NCBI GenBank assembly: GCA_002269645.1 | Contig: NIVC01002573.1 | Span: 1-64,000, forward strand | Reading direction: 5' to 3' | DNA from: Macrostomum lignano | Taxonomy: Eukaryota | DNA length: 64,000 nucleotides | In this document: piece by piece, positions 36,749-50,226 of the stretch | Layout: each line of letters begins with the position of its first letter | Position numbering within the stretch: the first letter of the stretch is position 1 | Position numbers and translations under genes: made by a program | The notes under the pieces: generated by a model | Databases searched by the model: none | What the model saw: the letters and a program-made list of their open reading frames with translations, nothing else | What the model was told of the DNA's origin: nothing

Positions 36749-38131
36749 CTGGCCGGCGTTGACCTCCTCTGTTGCTTGCATAATTAACAGATTAATTTAC
36801 AGCAGTTATTGCTGGTATGGAGGACTCATAGGAAATTTCTGTGCACTCAATGCCCTCTCCCTCCCTCCCAAGGAAGCAAGACAAATTAAGACGGTTGATT
36901 ACAAGACGTTTAAAGTCTACTTTTGCTTTAGAAGTCAATAGCAAGATTATTGAAAATCGAGAACTTTTTAGAAATCAAATTCAGGAAACACGTCAATATA
37001 ACACTTCAACAAAGTTTGAATTGCCGTAGAAAACTTGAAAAGAGGCCTTAACATACAGTCAATAACTGTATACTTGTTACTTGTAAATAAGCCTCTGCGG
37101 AAGTGTCAGAGTTTTTCAGCTCTTCATCGTGTACTTTTAGCAGATATGGATTTCATATTGGCTTTTTTTTACAAGAATGAAGGGTTTTCCGTTGAAAATT
37201 TTCGATAAATAATCGACTGGCCATTGAAATTGTTGCAAGCATCGAGTCGGTTATCGAGTCGGTTTATCGAGTCGGTTATTTTTTGGACAGAGTTCACGTC
37301 ATACAAGCTGACAATTTTCTGAAAGGCAAAAAACATAAAAAATACCTCTCTCAAAACTCCTGCCTAGCTGTGCCAACCCGACACTGCTCACTGCATCCCA
37401 GCTCATCCAGCGTGAGCCTGCCCCCTGGTTTTGATATTGTATACTCATAGATATGCATTCTATTGGGGGGGGGCAACAGACGCAGCCCCAGATGAGTTCC
37501 TTGATGCACGGCTCAGCAACCCAGCGCTTCTCGCTGCCCAGCTGAACTGCTGCCAGCTGTTTCCCACAGAGGAGCAGCGCGAGTTTCTTAATGCGAGCTC
37601 GCGACAGCCGGTAACTGTAGCGGGCGTTCCCAGCGCTACCCCCGTTGCTTAGCAACACCCGAGAATGCAAGGCCAAGGAAGAATTGTGGAAAAGCAAACT
37701 CGCTCGAGTCCACAGCAGTTCATGTCATCGAAAGTAGACACAGCGCCCAAACTTATCGCTGATACAGTAGCAAATGTGGCCCTTGCTCGCTTAAACTCTT
37801 CACCTCACCGCCGCCCCGGCCCCTTTCGCCATTCTCCATGCCTCAGATGCTTAGGAAACAAGCTTCCCTATGTATTCTAAAAATTGTGGCAAAAACCTCG
37901 CGTCTCTACTTTGGGCCATAAAGTAAGGGTTTCATCTGAAAAGGATGCCACAAGTACTGTTAATCTTCCGGGTTTTCGCGCGCACTCATCAGAGACTTCT
38001 CGGTTTAGCTTTCACGTCTTCGAATAAAACAAATAGACTTAAACTATTCGAACAAATAAAGTTATTGCACTTCAATTATCGTGTATTCTTTTATAAAAAA
38101 TTGGTTCTGTGTAAAAACAGTAAAATAAAAG

Positions 38132-41100
38132 TCAGCAGCCTCCCGGATCGGACTTTCCCGTTGCCAAATCCTTGACGGAGAGGGCTGCCTCAGCGTGCTG
38201 TCGAATCATGTTGACGAAAATCTGGTCCAATGACATCTGGTGCAGGCTGAAGTACTGCACGTTCAGCTCCGTCTTGTTGTCCGCCAGCCATCGAATGCTG
38301 TCGGAGAGGCTGGCCACCGACTCCGTCGGGATCTGGAACTGTACCGATGCGCCGACGTCGTCCAGAACAGCGGCCTGGGGGAACTGCTGCTGAATAACCG
38401 CTTTCAGCACCGATTTGCGCAACGAGGTTTCGTGGAGATCCGCCGAAAAAGGCAGGAGAGCCTCCAGGGTGTAGGCCTTGCCGTAGCTGGGATGGACGTA
38501 AAGGGGTGAGGGCTGGGAGACGTCCGTGGCTCATTCTTGTAGATTGGTGTCAGAACCGACTTTTACTCTTAAAATGCTTACTCCTGACTTGTCCTTGTCC
38601 ATGTTGCCAGTCCCAGCATCTGCAACTGTTCCTCCTACTTTCCCTATCCTTGTCACTGTTTCTGTCCCTGGTGCGGAACTATCAAACGCGATTCACTTAC
38701 CGACTGCGCAGCTGCTGGACAGTGCCGAACCCGATCATGCCACCCCTGTCCATGATGCCCACCCTACCGCAGAGCGCCTCCACCTCCTCCATGCTGTGAG
38801 TAGTTACCACGACGGTTCGTTTACCGCCCTCTGCCAGGCTGCGGATTGCCTTCCAGATGGCGCGCTTGTTCTCCGGATCCACTCCGGTGGAGGCCTCATC
38901 GATGACAACAATGGAAGGGCAGCCAAGTAACGCAATGGCGAGGCAGAGGCGGCGCTTGTTGCCACCCGACAGCTCCTTGGCCGCCTTGAATCTGTGCTCG
39001 GCAAGGCCCAGGCCGCGAATCAGCCTGTCCGTCTGCTCTGGCACCAGAAGTTCGGGAATTCCGCGAACTCTCGAGTAAAAAGTCAGATGTTCCTCGACGG
39101 TGATGCGCCGGAAGATCGGGTCGTGCTGCGGACAGAAGCCGATGATACCCAGCTGAGTGCCCAGCTGGCTGACCATCCAGTCGCCGTCAAATTGGCGCAC
39201 CTCGACTTTACCTCGTGTCGCCGCTAGCTGCCCGACAATGGCTGACATCAGGGTGGTCTTTCCGGCTCCGTTCTGGCCCAGAAGGCCGAAGACCTCGCCA
39301 GTCATCGCCCGAAGGTGACGCCCCGAACTGCTCGCACGCCGTTCGGGTAGACTTTCTCCACGTCGCGAACCTCGAGTAGATTTTGATCGCTCCGAGGATT
39401 TTTCAACACACGCTGAGCCTCAGTTTGAACGCCGAGCTCGTCGTCATCTTTTTTACTCTGTTTGAGTTGGTGAGAGTCAGCGGCCTTGTCCTTGTTGCAG
39501 CACTGCTGCCCCAGGGAATAAACTGTAGGCCAGTTGTCCAGTAGTATCAGCAGCCCGAACAGCAGTACTATATGGAAAGCCATGGCAACAAGCGAGTGAA
39601 TTGTGTCTGAATAGTTCAGAAAAACCTTCTGCAGCTCCGGTATGTCGCCCAGATGGCTTAGTTCAAAGAACAGCAGGCCATAGCCAGCCATTTTCATGGC
39701 CGTGAATGGCAGCATCATGGGAGCCAGTGGAGGTACGAGCCACACGCACACGGCACCAGCGATGCGGTTCGTCATTACGAAAGTCAGGACGGCCAAGATG
39801 AAAAGGATGAAGAACAGGTAGATGGCCAGCACGCTGTAGCTCGGAGTGCGCTGCAGAGCTCCTATGCAGTAGACGCTAAGCAAGTTGCTCACCGATCCCA
39901 GCAGTAGCATGGGAATCCACACATTGTACAGCAGAAACAGACTCTGGTACCGATTCCAAACTAGGCACATTGCAGCCGATAGAACGATAAACACAGCATA
40001 CTGGATCCAGTGAATAGCGAACGTATTGAGCCAATAGATTTTGCTGTCTAATCCCATGACCCTCATCTGCTGCCTGACCCCGCTGGACCGGTCCTCAACC
40101 GGGTCAGACATGTAGGTGACGGGGACAACTGAGAACAGCAGGACAAGGACAAAAATTTCCATTTGAATTGTGTAGTATTGCGAAAACGGTACTACTGCGG
40201 TCAGGCGAACAGTTTTCCAAGGATCGCTATCGTCGTCTGTTGAAACAAAATATCGCCACATCATTGAGAAATAGTCGGCCATGGGCTTGAAGATCATTTC
40301 CGATCGAGATTTGTGCCAAAACTGTCCGATAACTAATGATCGATTGGCATTTAGGTGACTGGTGTTCCAAGAGCTAGCGTACAGAATGAAGCAGACGTTC
40401 TCGCAATTCTGCCGTAGCTCCGGGTTCAATAGACTGTCTGTAGGCAGGACAAACTTATCAACGCTGACAGACTTGGGCTTCAGCATTAATTTGGTTTTAA
40501 AAGCCTTAGGAAAAGCAGTCAAACAGGCGTTCGTTGCCATCTCCTCTTCATCGCTGGAATCAAAGAGGCAAACAAGGTTTTCTGAAAGAGCTGTCGGCAA
40601 AACTGGAACTCTGATCAGCTCGGACTGCGACTGCTTCATTGTGTTTTCCAACAGATCAACCGGAGACATTTTGTGACCCTCTCTGGTAAGATGCTTTGCT
40701 ATCGACTGGCTCAGCTCATACCGTTTCTTTCCACGAAAGCAACGGAGAATACGATAGCCAGCAGCACCAAAGGCATGACTAGACGGCAAAGCGCTTGCAC
40801 GGGCGAGCGAACCTGCCGGCGAAGGTTCATGACCAAAAGCGAGCCGAAAGTCTTGGAAAATGAGCGCTGCAGTTTATTAGCCTTGTAGTAATCCAGTCGT
40901 AGTTCAAGTAGAGAATGGTCTACTCTAGAAGTCACTAGTTTTAGTTCATCGTCTGGACTTTTGAGGCTCACAATGCTGGCCAGTCTCCGATTTTTGATCG
41001 CCGAAACCACATCCATTGTGTTGAAATTTTCCAGACGCATAAAAATCTCGTCGAGGTTAGCCTGAGACACACCGAACGCTTCTACAGGGGACCCGTTCTG

Positions 41101-43761
41101 CCACTGCAGCTCTTCAAGAATCTTCACAGTCTCAGCCAACAAATGCAGCTCTGAAGAGGCTATCGACCCAGAAGACGACACACTCAGCTGAAGCTCCGTT
41201 CCGGACCGATTGAGAAGGTGAACACCCAGCGGTATCGATTCCAATAGTTGCGCTGCGTCCTGGCTCGACCTCAACGATATGCCAATTGTGGGACAGCAGC
41301 CGAACAAATGCTTGAGAAACAGCGACGATCCGGCGCAGACCAGTCGGCCTCCAGAGAGGAACAGCTTTCTGTCCGCCAGCACGTCCGCCTCGTCCATGAA
41401 CTGCGTGCACAGCATAATGCAGCGGCCTTGCCTGCGCTCCTGCAGGATTCGCCACAGGCAGCGCCGCGACACGGGGTCCAGACCGCTGGTGGGCTCGTCC
41501 AGCATCACGATTTTCGGGTCACCAATAAGCGCAATGATGCAGCACAGCTTCCGAGCTGGCCGCCGCTCAGGTCGAAGGCTTGAACATCGGCCTTGTCCGC
41601 TAATCCGAGCTGCTCCATCATAGTTTTAATGTTGTCAATTTGACTCTCCAGCATGAAACCTTTGCTCAGGGTTGCTAAAGTAATACTTTCCATCACGGTG
41701 AGCTGCTGACAGAGCACGTTTGTCTGACCGCAGGTGCTAACTACGCGCCGCAGTGCCATGCGTTGGTACGGGTCCGTGACGAGGCGATCGCCGATTACAG
41801 CCACGCCGCTTGTCGGCGTCTGCTCGCCCGTCAGCGTTCGAATCAGGGTTGTTTTCCCAGCGCCATTGTGCCCGATCAAAGCCGTGATCTGGTCTTGATA
41901 GATGGTACCTGCGGATTAGTGCTAACTTGATTATAGGAAGCATCGTCAAGAACGGTCTTAAACAGTTGGGGAGAAATTTCAGTCATTCGATGGTTTCAGC
42001 AAAATGAAGTTCAAATGAAATAAAAGAAATAAACGAATATACGAAAGCTCAAGTTTTGAATTCCAACTCTTCATTTCCCTAATTTTTAACAGCCATAAGT
42101 TTTCGTACAAATATATACTTATTCTAACAAGCGTAGCGAAATATACCCGTAGCCTTTTGCTTGATGTAGTGAAGCATTTGAACATTGACAAACTCAGTCC
42201 AACAAGGAGAGATTCTGGATTTTTTCTACTTTTCAACTTTCGACTCACATGAAATTGAGTCGAGCGCCTGCACCACGGTTTCCTGATTTTCCAGCGCGCA
42301 GCAGCCGCGGTCGTAGCACACGCTGATGTCGTTGATGTAAATGGCTGGCAGGCCGGAGTGCAGCGGCTCGATGTAGGACTTGCTGCAATCCGAGTCGGCG
42401 CAGCTGACGGGAATCGAGCTGACCATCTTGGCCTCATCGGGCAGCCAGAAGCTTCTGCTGAATGGAAAGGTCAGCGGCAGACCCATTCCGTTTCCGCTGC
42501 TGAGCACGAAATCCGCGTATATCGTGAGCAGCGTGACAACGATAGGGAAAATCAGCATTCCATTCGGAATTTTTTGCAAGTAGCTGATTTGCGCTTCGTG
42601 CCAGTCGCGTGAGGTTTTTGGTAGCAGAGTATAAAGAGCGTACTGCGTCATGTGGCCAGGTGGGAACACCAGCAGCACATTCAATAGGTAGTCATCTGAT
42701 TTCATTGCCATGATGCGGATCACTCCCAGGACTGTGACTGTGACCACCGAAATGATGATGGCCACGGTGGCAACTACAATGAGGAAGAAGGAGCGCAACA
42801 GCACAGTGGCTAGAAGACTCAGAGACACTAAGGAGAAGCAGTAGGCATAGAACATCATTGACAGTTTGATGGCTGATCCTTTCGGGTAGAAATTGGGGCA
42901 CTGAAGCGCGTAGCAGGGCCCAATAATGGCCGAGAAGACTGCGCATTCTATAGCTATGGAAACGATGATGACAGTCCAATACGCTCCCACTGACAGCCCG
43001 TTGCTGATCATGAGCTGCAGGTAGCCGCTCTCTTTGAGACCAGCGATGAAGGCGATAGTGGTGGCGGTGAAGTGAACCATGCAGCCGGCAGTAGCGATGA
43101 GGATGTGGTACAGCACAGTGTGCATCAGCGCCACAAACACGTTTCCAGTGGATTCGACGCGGCTGCAAATCGAGCGCCGACTCGCTCTGTGCGTCTCCGT
43201 CTTGGAATGATCGACAGTATCAGTTAGGCTTATGAACTGTACGTCCCTGAAGACTCGGCCGCTGGGACTTAGGGACTGAAGCGCGAGATGGTGAAGGAAC
43301 GGACAGGCCAGCTCTTCTTCCTGCAGTACGGTGCACTCAACCAGCGCTGTACTCTTCGACTCGAAACTGATTCGAGCGAACATTTCCCCGGTGGTTGCGG
43401 GACGCAGCTGCTTATAGAACTGAAGGCTGCAGCTCTGCGGTGACCCGCACTGGATAAGCCAATTGTTCCTCGGTTTGCCGGCCGCAACCAACGCCTGCAG
43501 ATTGCTGATTGGCCGTGAAAAATTCCCACTGCTCCCAACCAGCGCCTTCCAGGGAAAAGTCCCGGCGTTCATCAACTTTCGAGCGACAGTTTCCTCATTT
43601 GAGCTCATCACGCCAGACAGGACTTCGAACAGCCAGAAATTCGACGGCAGAAGCAATATAGCCACAACAAACACTGGTAGGCGCTGGGCCTTGAACTTCA
43701 GCAGAAGGAGCAGCAAATACAGGGCCTGTCTCACCCGTATCGAGTAGCTAACGGAAAACAT
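38132..43761 (-). CDS. Full-size ABCA-subfamily transporter, copy B: complement(join(38132..38486,38701..41908,42249..43761)), with three 1-nt frameshifts (about 41554, 40729, 39309)
   Basis: TMD-NBD-TMD-NBD layout. NBD1: [25 protein letters not shown]2: [33 protein letters not shown]. Intron positions and phases match copy A, and each frameshift is repaired by one added base. It could be a pseudogene or contain assembly errors. Confidence 0.85.
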
Positions 43762-44695
43762 CGTGATAATTACGAGAGTGCGCTACCAAGATGGGCGAGG
43801 TGTGATTTAAATCTTTTCGGGTTCAATTTTTTTCAATGCAACAAATAATTCATCTGAATACTATTATCATAGACAATTTAGAGACTGCCGTCATTACAGC
43901 TGAAATCTACGTACTTCGAATTTGGCGAATTTGCAAGCTATAAATACATTCTTACTTCCGAGCAATCTTTGATATCGCCAGAGACCAGAGTTTCGTCTAA
44001 GCAATCGATCATTTGCGTGCAGATACTGCTCAAATAGCCCGTTCATTTAATATGTTGAGAACCATCCCCCTATCCCTTTGCTATGTGCATGCAACAACTT
44101 CACGTACACTACTGAAAGACTATTCAAATAAATGGAAGTCCTCAGAGCATAATTAGCCTCAGGCACGTGTAAAAAACAGCCTACATGTACATATATGCTT
44201 GTATTCCTTGCATGTCCTTAGAGCTACCTGAGCTAGCTGCAACAGGATACTTAATCAAAGAGGAGGGAAATGAGTTACGAGAAATTCATAATAACCATTC
44301 CGGATGTCTCACTAAACCGTAAGCGTACACGAGTCAGCTGCTCGATAGTTGATGGTGGTCATCTGTACTCTAAACTCAAATAATTCAAACAATTCAAAAC
44401 TCCAAGACTTGATTTAGTTTTAAATAAAATAGCTGCGTTCAGGTACTTCAAGTACGTGGTAGCTTTTGGATCAAAAGTATATTCTTTTGCTTGCGACTTT
44501 AGTTAAAAGTCGCGTTCGCTTGTCGCACATGTAGTAAACCTCAATGTTCTTTTAGTTTTTAAACTGAATTTTAAGGCTGTTTTTCCAAAAATGACGGCGG
44601 AAAACAGTGAGATCGGACAGCGAAACACAGTTGATAGAATAAAAAAATAACAGCCATGTATTATGCTGCAAGCAGTGGTAAGATAATGTTAGAAC

Positions 44696-47600
44696 TCAGA
44701 CTTCTACATCTGCATAGTTTGCAACTGTGTGCTTGCGCATCATTTTGACGAATATCTGGTCGAGAGACATCTGGTAGAGACTGAAGAACTGCACATTCAG
44801 CTTAGCTCTCATGTTGGCCAACCACTGGATCCTTGCTGACAGTCTAGCCGTGGTCGGAGTCGGTATCCGGAACTGGACTGACGCCCCAACATCATCAATG
44901 AGGATGGCATGAGGAAACTTTTTCTTAATGGCCGACTTCAATTCAGCCTTGCGTTTCGACAGTTTATCTTGGCTCGACGTAGCCGACAGCAGAGCATCCA
45001 AGGTGTAGTCTTTGCCGTACCTGTAAGAGATTCATGAAAATTTGACAGATAGAGCCTGCTGAAGCCCAGAGATCAGAGTAGACTGGGATGAACTGGTGAA
45101 AAGTTTTCTATGCTTGGTATAATGACGAGCAAAAAGTAAAAAACTCAGCAGATAATTTTCGCACAGAGGTACTCACTAATACGGTACTATTGTCCAAGTA
45201 CCTGTCAGTCGCGAGAAAATGCAGCTAAAGCCTATACTTTCGCTTCCTTGCTGCTCCTCTGACCCACTGCACTAAACAAAAAAATACTTACTGACTTCGC
45301 AGCTGCTGGACAGTGCCGAATCCGATCATGCTGCCTTTGTCCATGACGCACAGTCTGCTGCAGAGCGCCTCCACCTCCTCCATGCTGTGCGTGGTCACCA
45401 CCACTGTCCGATGACCGCCCAGTGCTATACCGCGGATCGCCCGCCAGATGCCGCGTTTATTCTCCGGATCTACTCCTGAGGAGGCCTCATCAATGACGAC
45501 AACAGATGGACATCCAAGAAGCGCAATGGCGAGGCACAGGCTGCGTTTATTACCACATGAAAGTTGTTTAGCTGGCTTGAACCTATCATCGACAAGTCCG
45601 AGTCCTTGAATGAGCCTGTCTGTCTGCTTCATGACAGTGTTCTCTGGAACGCCTCGGATACGCGCGTAGAAGATAATGTGCTCCTCAACTGTGACTTGTC
45701 GGAACAGCGGATCGTGCTGCGGGCAGAAGCCAACGACGCCGCGCTGAGTTCCCAGGTGACTTTCCAGCCAGGCGCCGCCCAAATGGCGGACCTCGACTTC
45801 GCCACTCGATGCGGTCAGCTGTCCGACGATGGCCGACATCAGAGTAGTCTTTCCGGCTCCGTTCTGGCCGAGCAGGCCGAAAATTTCACCGGTCATGGCG
45901 CCAAAGGTGACGCCGCGCACTGCATAGACGCCGTTGGGGTAGACTTTCTCCACATTGCGGACTTCCAGCAAGTTTTGGTTGCTCCTCGGATTCTTTAATA
46001 GCCGCTCTGTTTCCATCAGAACGCCTTTTTCATCTTGTTCATTTAATTTTCTTTTCTGTCTGCGCTTAGCGACATTTCGAGATGCACATCGCGCGTTTGC
46101 AAAATATTTAATAGCGGACCAGTTTTCGGTAATGATTAACAATATGATTAGCAATAAAATATGAGCTCCCATTGCACTGAGTGCATGTACGGTGGCAGAT
46201 AAATTTAAAAAAGTCTCTCGCAGTTCGGGAATTTCTTTCGTCAACTCCTCGTTATGGTAAAGTAAGCCATAAACAACAATTTTCAGTGCCGTGAAGGTCA
46301 GCATCATGGGAGCGAGCGGTGGAACGAGCCACATCGCAATTGCGCTGGCGATGCGGCTTTTCATTAAAAACGTGACCACGGACAAGACGAAGAGGATGAA
46401 GAACAGGTATATCGCTAAGACACTGTTGCTTGGAATGCGCTGCATCGCACCAATGCAGTAGATACACAGAAGGTTGCTCACGGTGCCCAGCAGCAGAAGT
46501 GGAAGCCAAACATAGCAGAACAGAAATGCGCTGATATACCGATCCCATATCATGCACACGAGAATTGATAGCACAGCGAATGTCAGGTACTGAATCCAGT
46601 GGATGACGAACGTGTTGACCCAGTAAGCAAAGCTGCTCAGTCCCATGATTTGCATCTGTTGCCTGACGCCAGTGGATCTATCTTCAACAGGGTCGGACAT
46701 GAAGGTGACTGGGATGATCGAGAATAGCAAAACTAGAACAATAAGCTCGTTTTGAATGCTGTAGTATTGCAGAAACGGTATGACGCTTATCATGTGAACC
46801 GATTCCGGAGAGATGTCATCGGGGGCAAACATTTTCCAAAGTTTTACAAAGTAGGAAGCCAGCGGCTTTTCCGACACTTCATGCCGGGGCTTGCGCCAAA
46901 AGTGTCCAATAGAAAATGATCTGTCTCCATTTGATTGTGTCCCGCTCCATGAACTGGCATAAATGATGTAACAATGCTCTTTGCAGAGATTCTCTAGCTC
47001 CGGTCTTAACTGCTGACCAGGAAGAATGAAATCTCCGATTGACTCCTTGCCCTTCCGCACCACATCGAAGTGGTAGTTGGCCAGATATTTGCAGGCAATC
47101 CGAGCGACTTTTTCTTCTCCTGTTTTGTCGTACACGCAAACAACATTGTCAGTTGAATACAGTGATACTACTGGCTTTCTGACAGCTTCTGCCATAATTT
47201 GCTGCACTGTAGAGGTATAAATCAGCTCTTTAAAGGACCTGTTGTAGGAGACATCCCAGATAAGATACTTTGCCATGGGATAGTTTACCTTGTAGTTGTT
47301 TTTTTCCATGTAAGCCAAAATGCCAACAACTGCAATGAGCACAAGAGGCATCACAAAGCGGCAAATGACTTGCACCGACGATCTTACCTGACGGCGCAGA
47401 TTCGTCGCCATCAGCGATGCAAATGTCCTGCAAACTGAACGCCGCAGCTGACTAACTTCAAGATCGTTCTGCCGTAGTAGTGCCAAATCTCCCATGCGCC
47501 TTTTTGGCGGCTCTTCCTTTGTGGATATACTTATCATACTGGCTAGGTTTCGGGACCGAATGCCCGATACAATAAACCCAGTGTCCAGATCCTTGATGCG

Positions 47601-50226
47601 CATAAAAATATCGTCCAAGTTGGCTTGCGACACACCGAATGCGGCAACTGGGGATCCTTTTCGTCTTCTATGCCACTCGAGCTTCTTCACAACGGCAGCT
47701 AGCAGGTGCAACTCAGAGGCTGCTTTTGACTGTGCAAATGAGACGTTTAACTGCAGCTCCGTGCCTGATTGGTTGATCAGAGTAACCCCGCGTGGCAATG
47801 TGTGGACGAACGCTTGAGCCTTCCGTTCAGGTCTCAGCGATACGTTGATAGTTGGGCAACAGCCAAATCGATTCTTTAGGAACAGCGACGATCCCGCGCA
47901 GATAAGCCGGCCTCCAGAAATCACCACTTTTCTATCTGCTAGCATATCCGCCTCGTCCATGAACTGAGTGCACATTATGAGACAGCGACCTTGCTTGCGC
48001 TCTTCCATAATCTGCCAGAGATGCCTTCTAGACACGGGGTCGAGACCCCTAGTGGGATCGTCCAGCAAAATTATTTCCGGGTCACCCAGCAGAGATATGA
48101 TGCAGCACAGCTTTCGCAACTGTCCACCGCTCAGGTCCACTGCTCGAACATTTTCCTTGCCACTTAGCAGCAGTCGCTCAAGCATTTTATTGACATTTTC
48201 AAGCTGGCTCTCCAATGTAAAGCCTTTGCTCAATGCTGCCAGCTTGAGGCTCTCCATCACAGTGAGCTGCTGGCTCAGCATGTTTGTCTGGCTGCAGACG
48301 CTCACGATTCGGCGCAGTGTCATGCATTGGTAGGGGTCGCGGACCATCCGATTGCCGATGTAAGCAGCGCCGCTTGACGGAGTCAGGTCGCCAGTGAGAG
48401 CCCGGATCAGAGTGGTCTTTCCAGCACCGTTGTGCCCGATCAGGGCGGTAATCTGGTCGCGGTAGATTGTGCCTGCAATATTTGGCAGTTTGGAGAAACC
48501 AGTGCACATTTTTTATGATGCGAAGCTGTCCAATTTTTAGCGGCACATTTGTATTCACTTTTTAAAGCTTAGTTTGCAAGTAAACTATTTTACGGTTCAA
48601 ACAAAAACAAAAGAAATTACGTAGAAAGAAAATAACTCTATCAGGTTTTCACTTACAGGTAAATGAATCCAAGGCTTGAACAAAATTTTCCCGGTTTCTG
48701 AACGGAGTGCAGCCTCGTTCGTAGCTAACGCTTAAATCATTCACGCAAACTGCCGGCGACCCACCGGGCACTGGTTCTATCGTCTCGGGGTCCTCCGGCT
48801 CTTTAAATTCCATGGGTAGGTCAGTCTTGGGTGCGTCTTCCTTAGGCATCCAGAAACTTGGACTAAATATATAAGTAAAAGGTAGCCGAAAGCCGTTGCC
48901 GCTGCTTATCATGAAGTCTAAATATATCGCCAGCACTGTCATGACGAGAGGAAATGCCATCATTCCTGTTAGCGCTGTCTTCAGATAGTCCTTCTGAAAA
49001 TTATTCCATTTCATGTACTCATTAGATCGAAAAGTGTATAATGTGTACAGCGAATATTGAACCACGTGACCAGGTGGGAATATCAACAGAGTGTTAAGAA
49101 TGTAGTCCATCTCCTCCATTTTTGTCAGATTAATCACGCCCAACACAGTGATTGAAACCATCGCCATGATGATGGCCACCGTAGCCACCACAATGAGGTA
49201 GAAGGTGCGCAGAAGCACAGTCAGCAGGAGGCTCAGCGACGCCATCGAGTAGATGTAGGCGAAGAAGACGAGTCCGAACTGTAGCGCACGCTTTGCAGGA
49301 AAATAGTCTGAGCACTGCAGCGTGTAGCAGGGCCCGATGACTGCGGAAAACACTGCGCACTCCACCACTACTGAAGTGATGATAACAGTCCAGTAGGCTC
49401 CCACCGACAGTCCATTGCTGAACATGAGCTGCAGGAAGCCGCACTCTTTCAGACCAGAGATGAATGCGATGGTGGAGGCAGTGAAATACACCATGCAGCC
49501 GGCTGTGGCGATGAGTAAGTGGTAGAGCAAAGTGACAGTGAATGTATAGAACATTTGTCCAGTGGACTCAACTCGTTCGCATATTGTATTGGCCCTTTTC
49601 TTGCTTGGCAGCACGCCGACACCCTGGTTTTTAGGGAGCTCTCGATCCAAGGTGTCGGTGTAGCTCACGAACTGGACGTCACGGAAGAGGCGGCCGTCCT
49701 TGCTCAGGGAGCGCAACATCAGCTGGTGGAGGAACGGGCAGGCCAGGTCGGCCTCTGGCATGTGGAAGCACTCAACGAAGTGTCCGACTTTGGAGCTGTA
49801 GCTGACGTGAGCAGCTTTGCTAACTTTGACTTCGTCGAGCGCTTTTTTGTAAAAATCTAAGCTGCAAGATTTCCTGCTGCGGCATTCTTTCATCCAATCT
49901 GGTTTCCATCCATTCACTGTTGCAAGCTTTTCCAGCCTGTCCATTTTGTTTAAAATGTTCCCTTCGTGACTGACCGAGATGTTCCAGGTAAATCGCTCTG
50001 AATCAACTATCTTCTGCGCACTGACTTGGCCATCGGAGCTGCCGGCCAGTGACTGAACCTCGAGTAGCCAGAAGTTCGAAGGTAGCAGCACGATAGCAGC
50101 AATGAAGAGCGGAACACGGAGAATCTTGAACTTGAGCAGCAAGAACAGGAGAAACACGGCTTGCTTTATCCGGATCGAAAAAGTAATCTTTCGGGCCGAC
50201 GATTTCAAATGCTGCATAGCCGCCAT
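44696..50226 (-). CDS. Full-size ABCA-subfamily transporter, copy A (1691 aa): complement(join(44696..45020,45292..48472,48657..50226))
   Basis: Intact spliced frame of 5076 nt. ABCA hallmarks include [40 protein letters not shown] and [14 protein letters not shown]. DEADxLADRK/CAGSSLFLK resembles the ABCA5/6-like group (from memory). Confidence 0.92.

Noticed and set aside
37299-37697. 132-aa minus-strand ORF
   Set aside because: No recognisable motif, non-ATG start and no supporting splice sites.
39302-42437. Separate half-transporter genes or programmed frameshifting in ABCA copy B
   Set aside because: Collinearity with intact copy A shows a single gene, and the breaks lack slippery sites or stimulatory structures.
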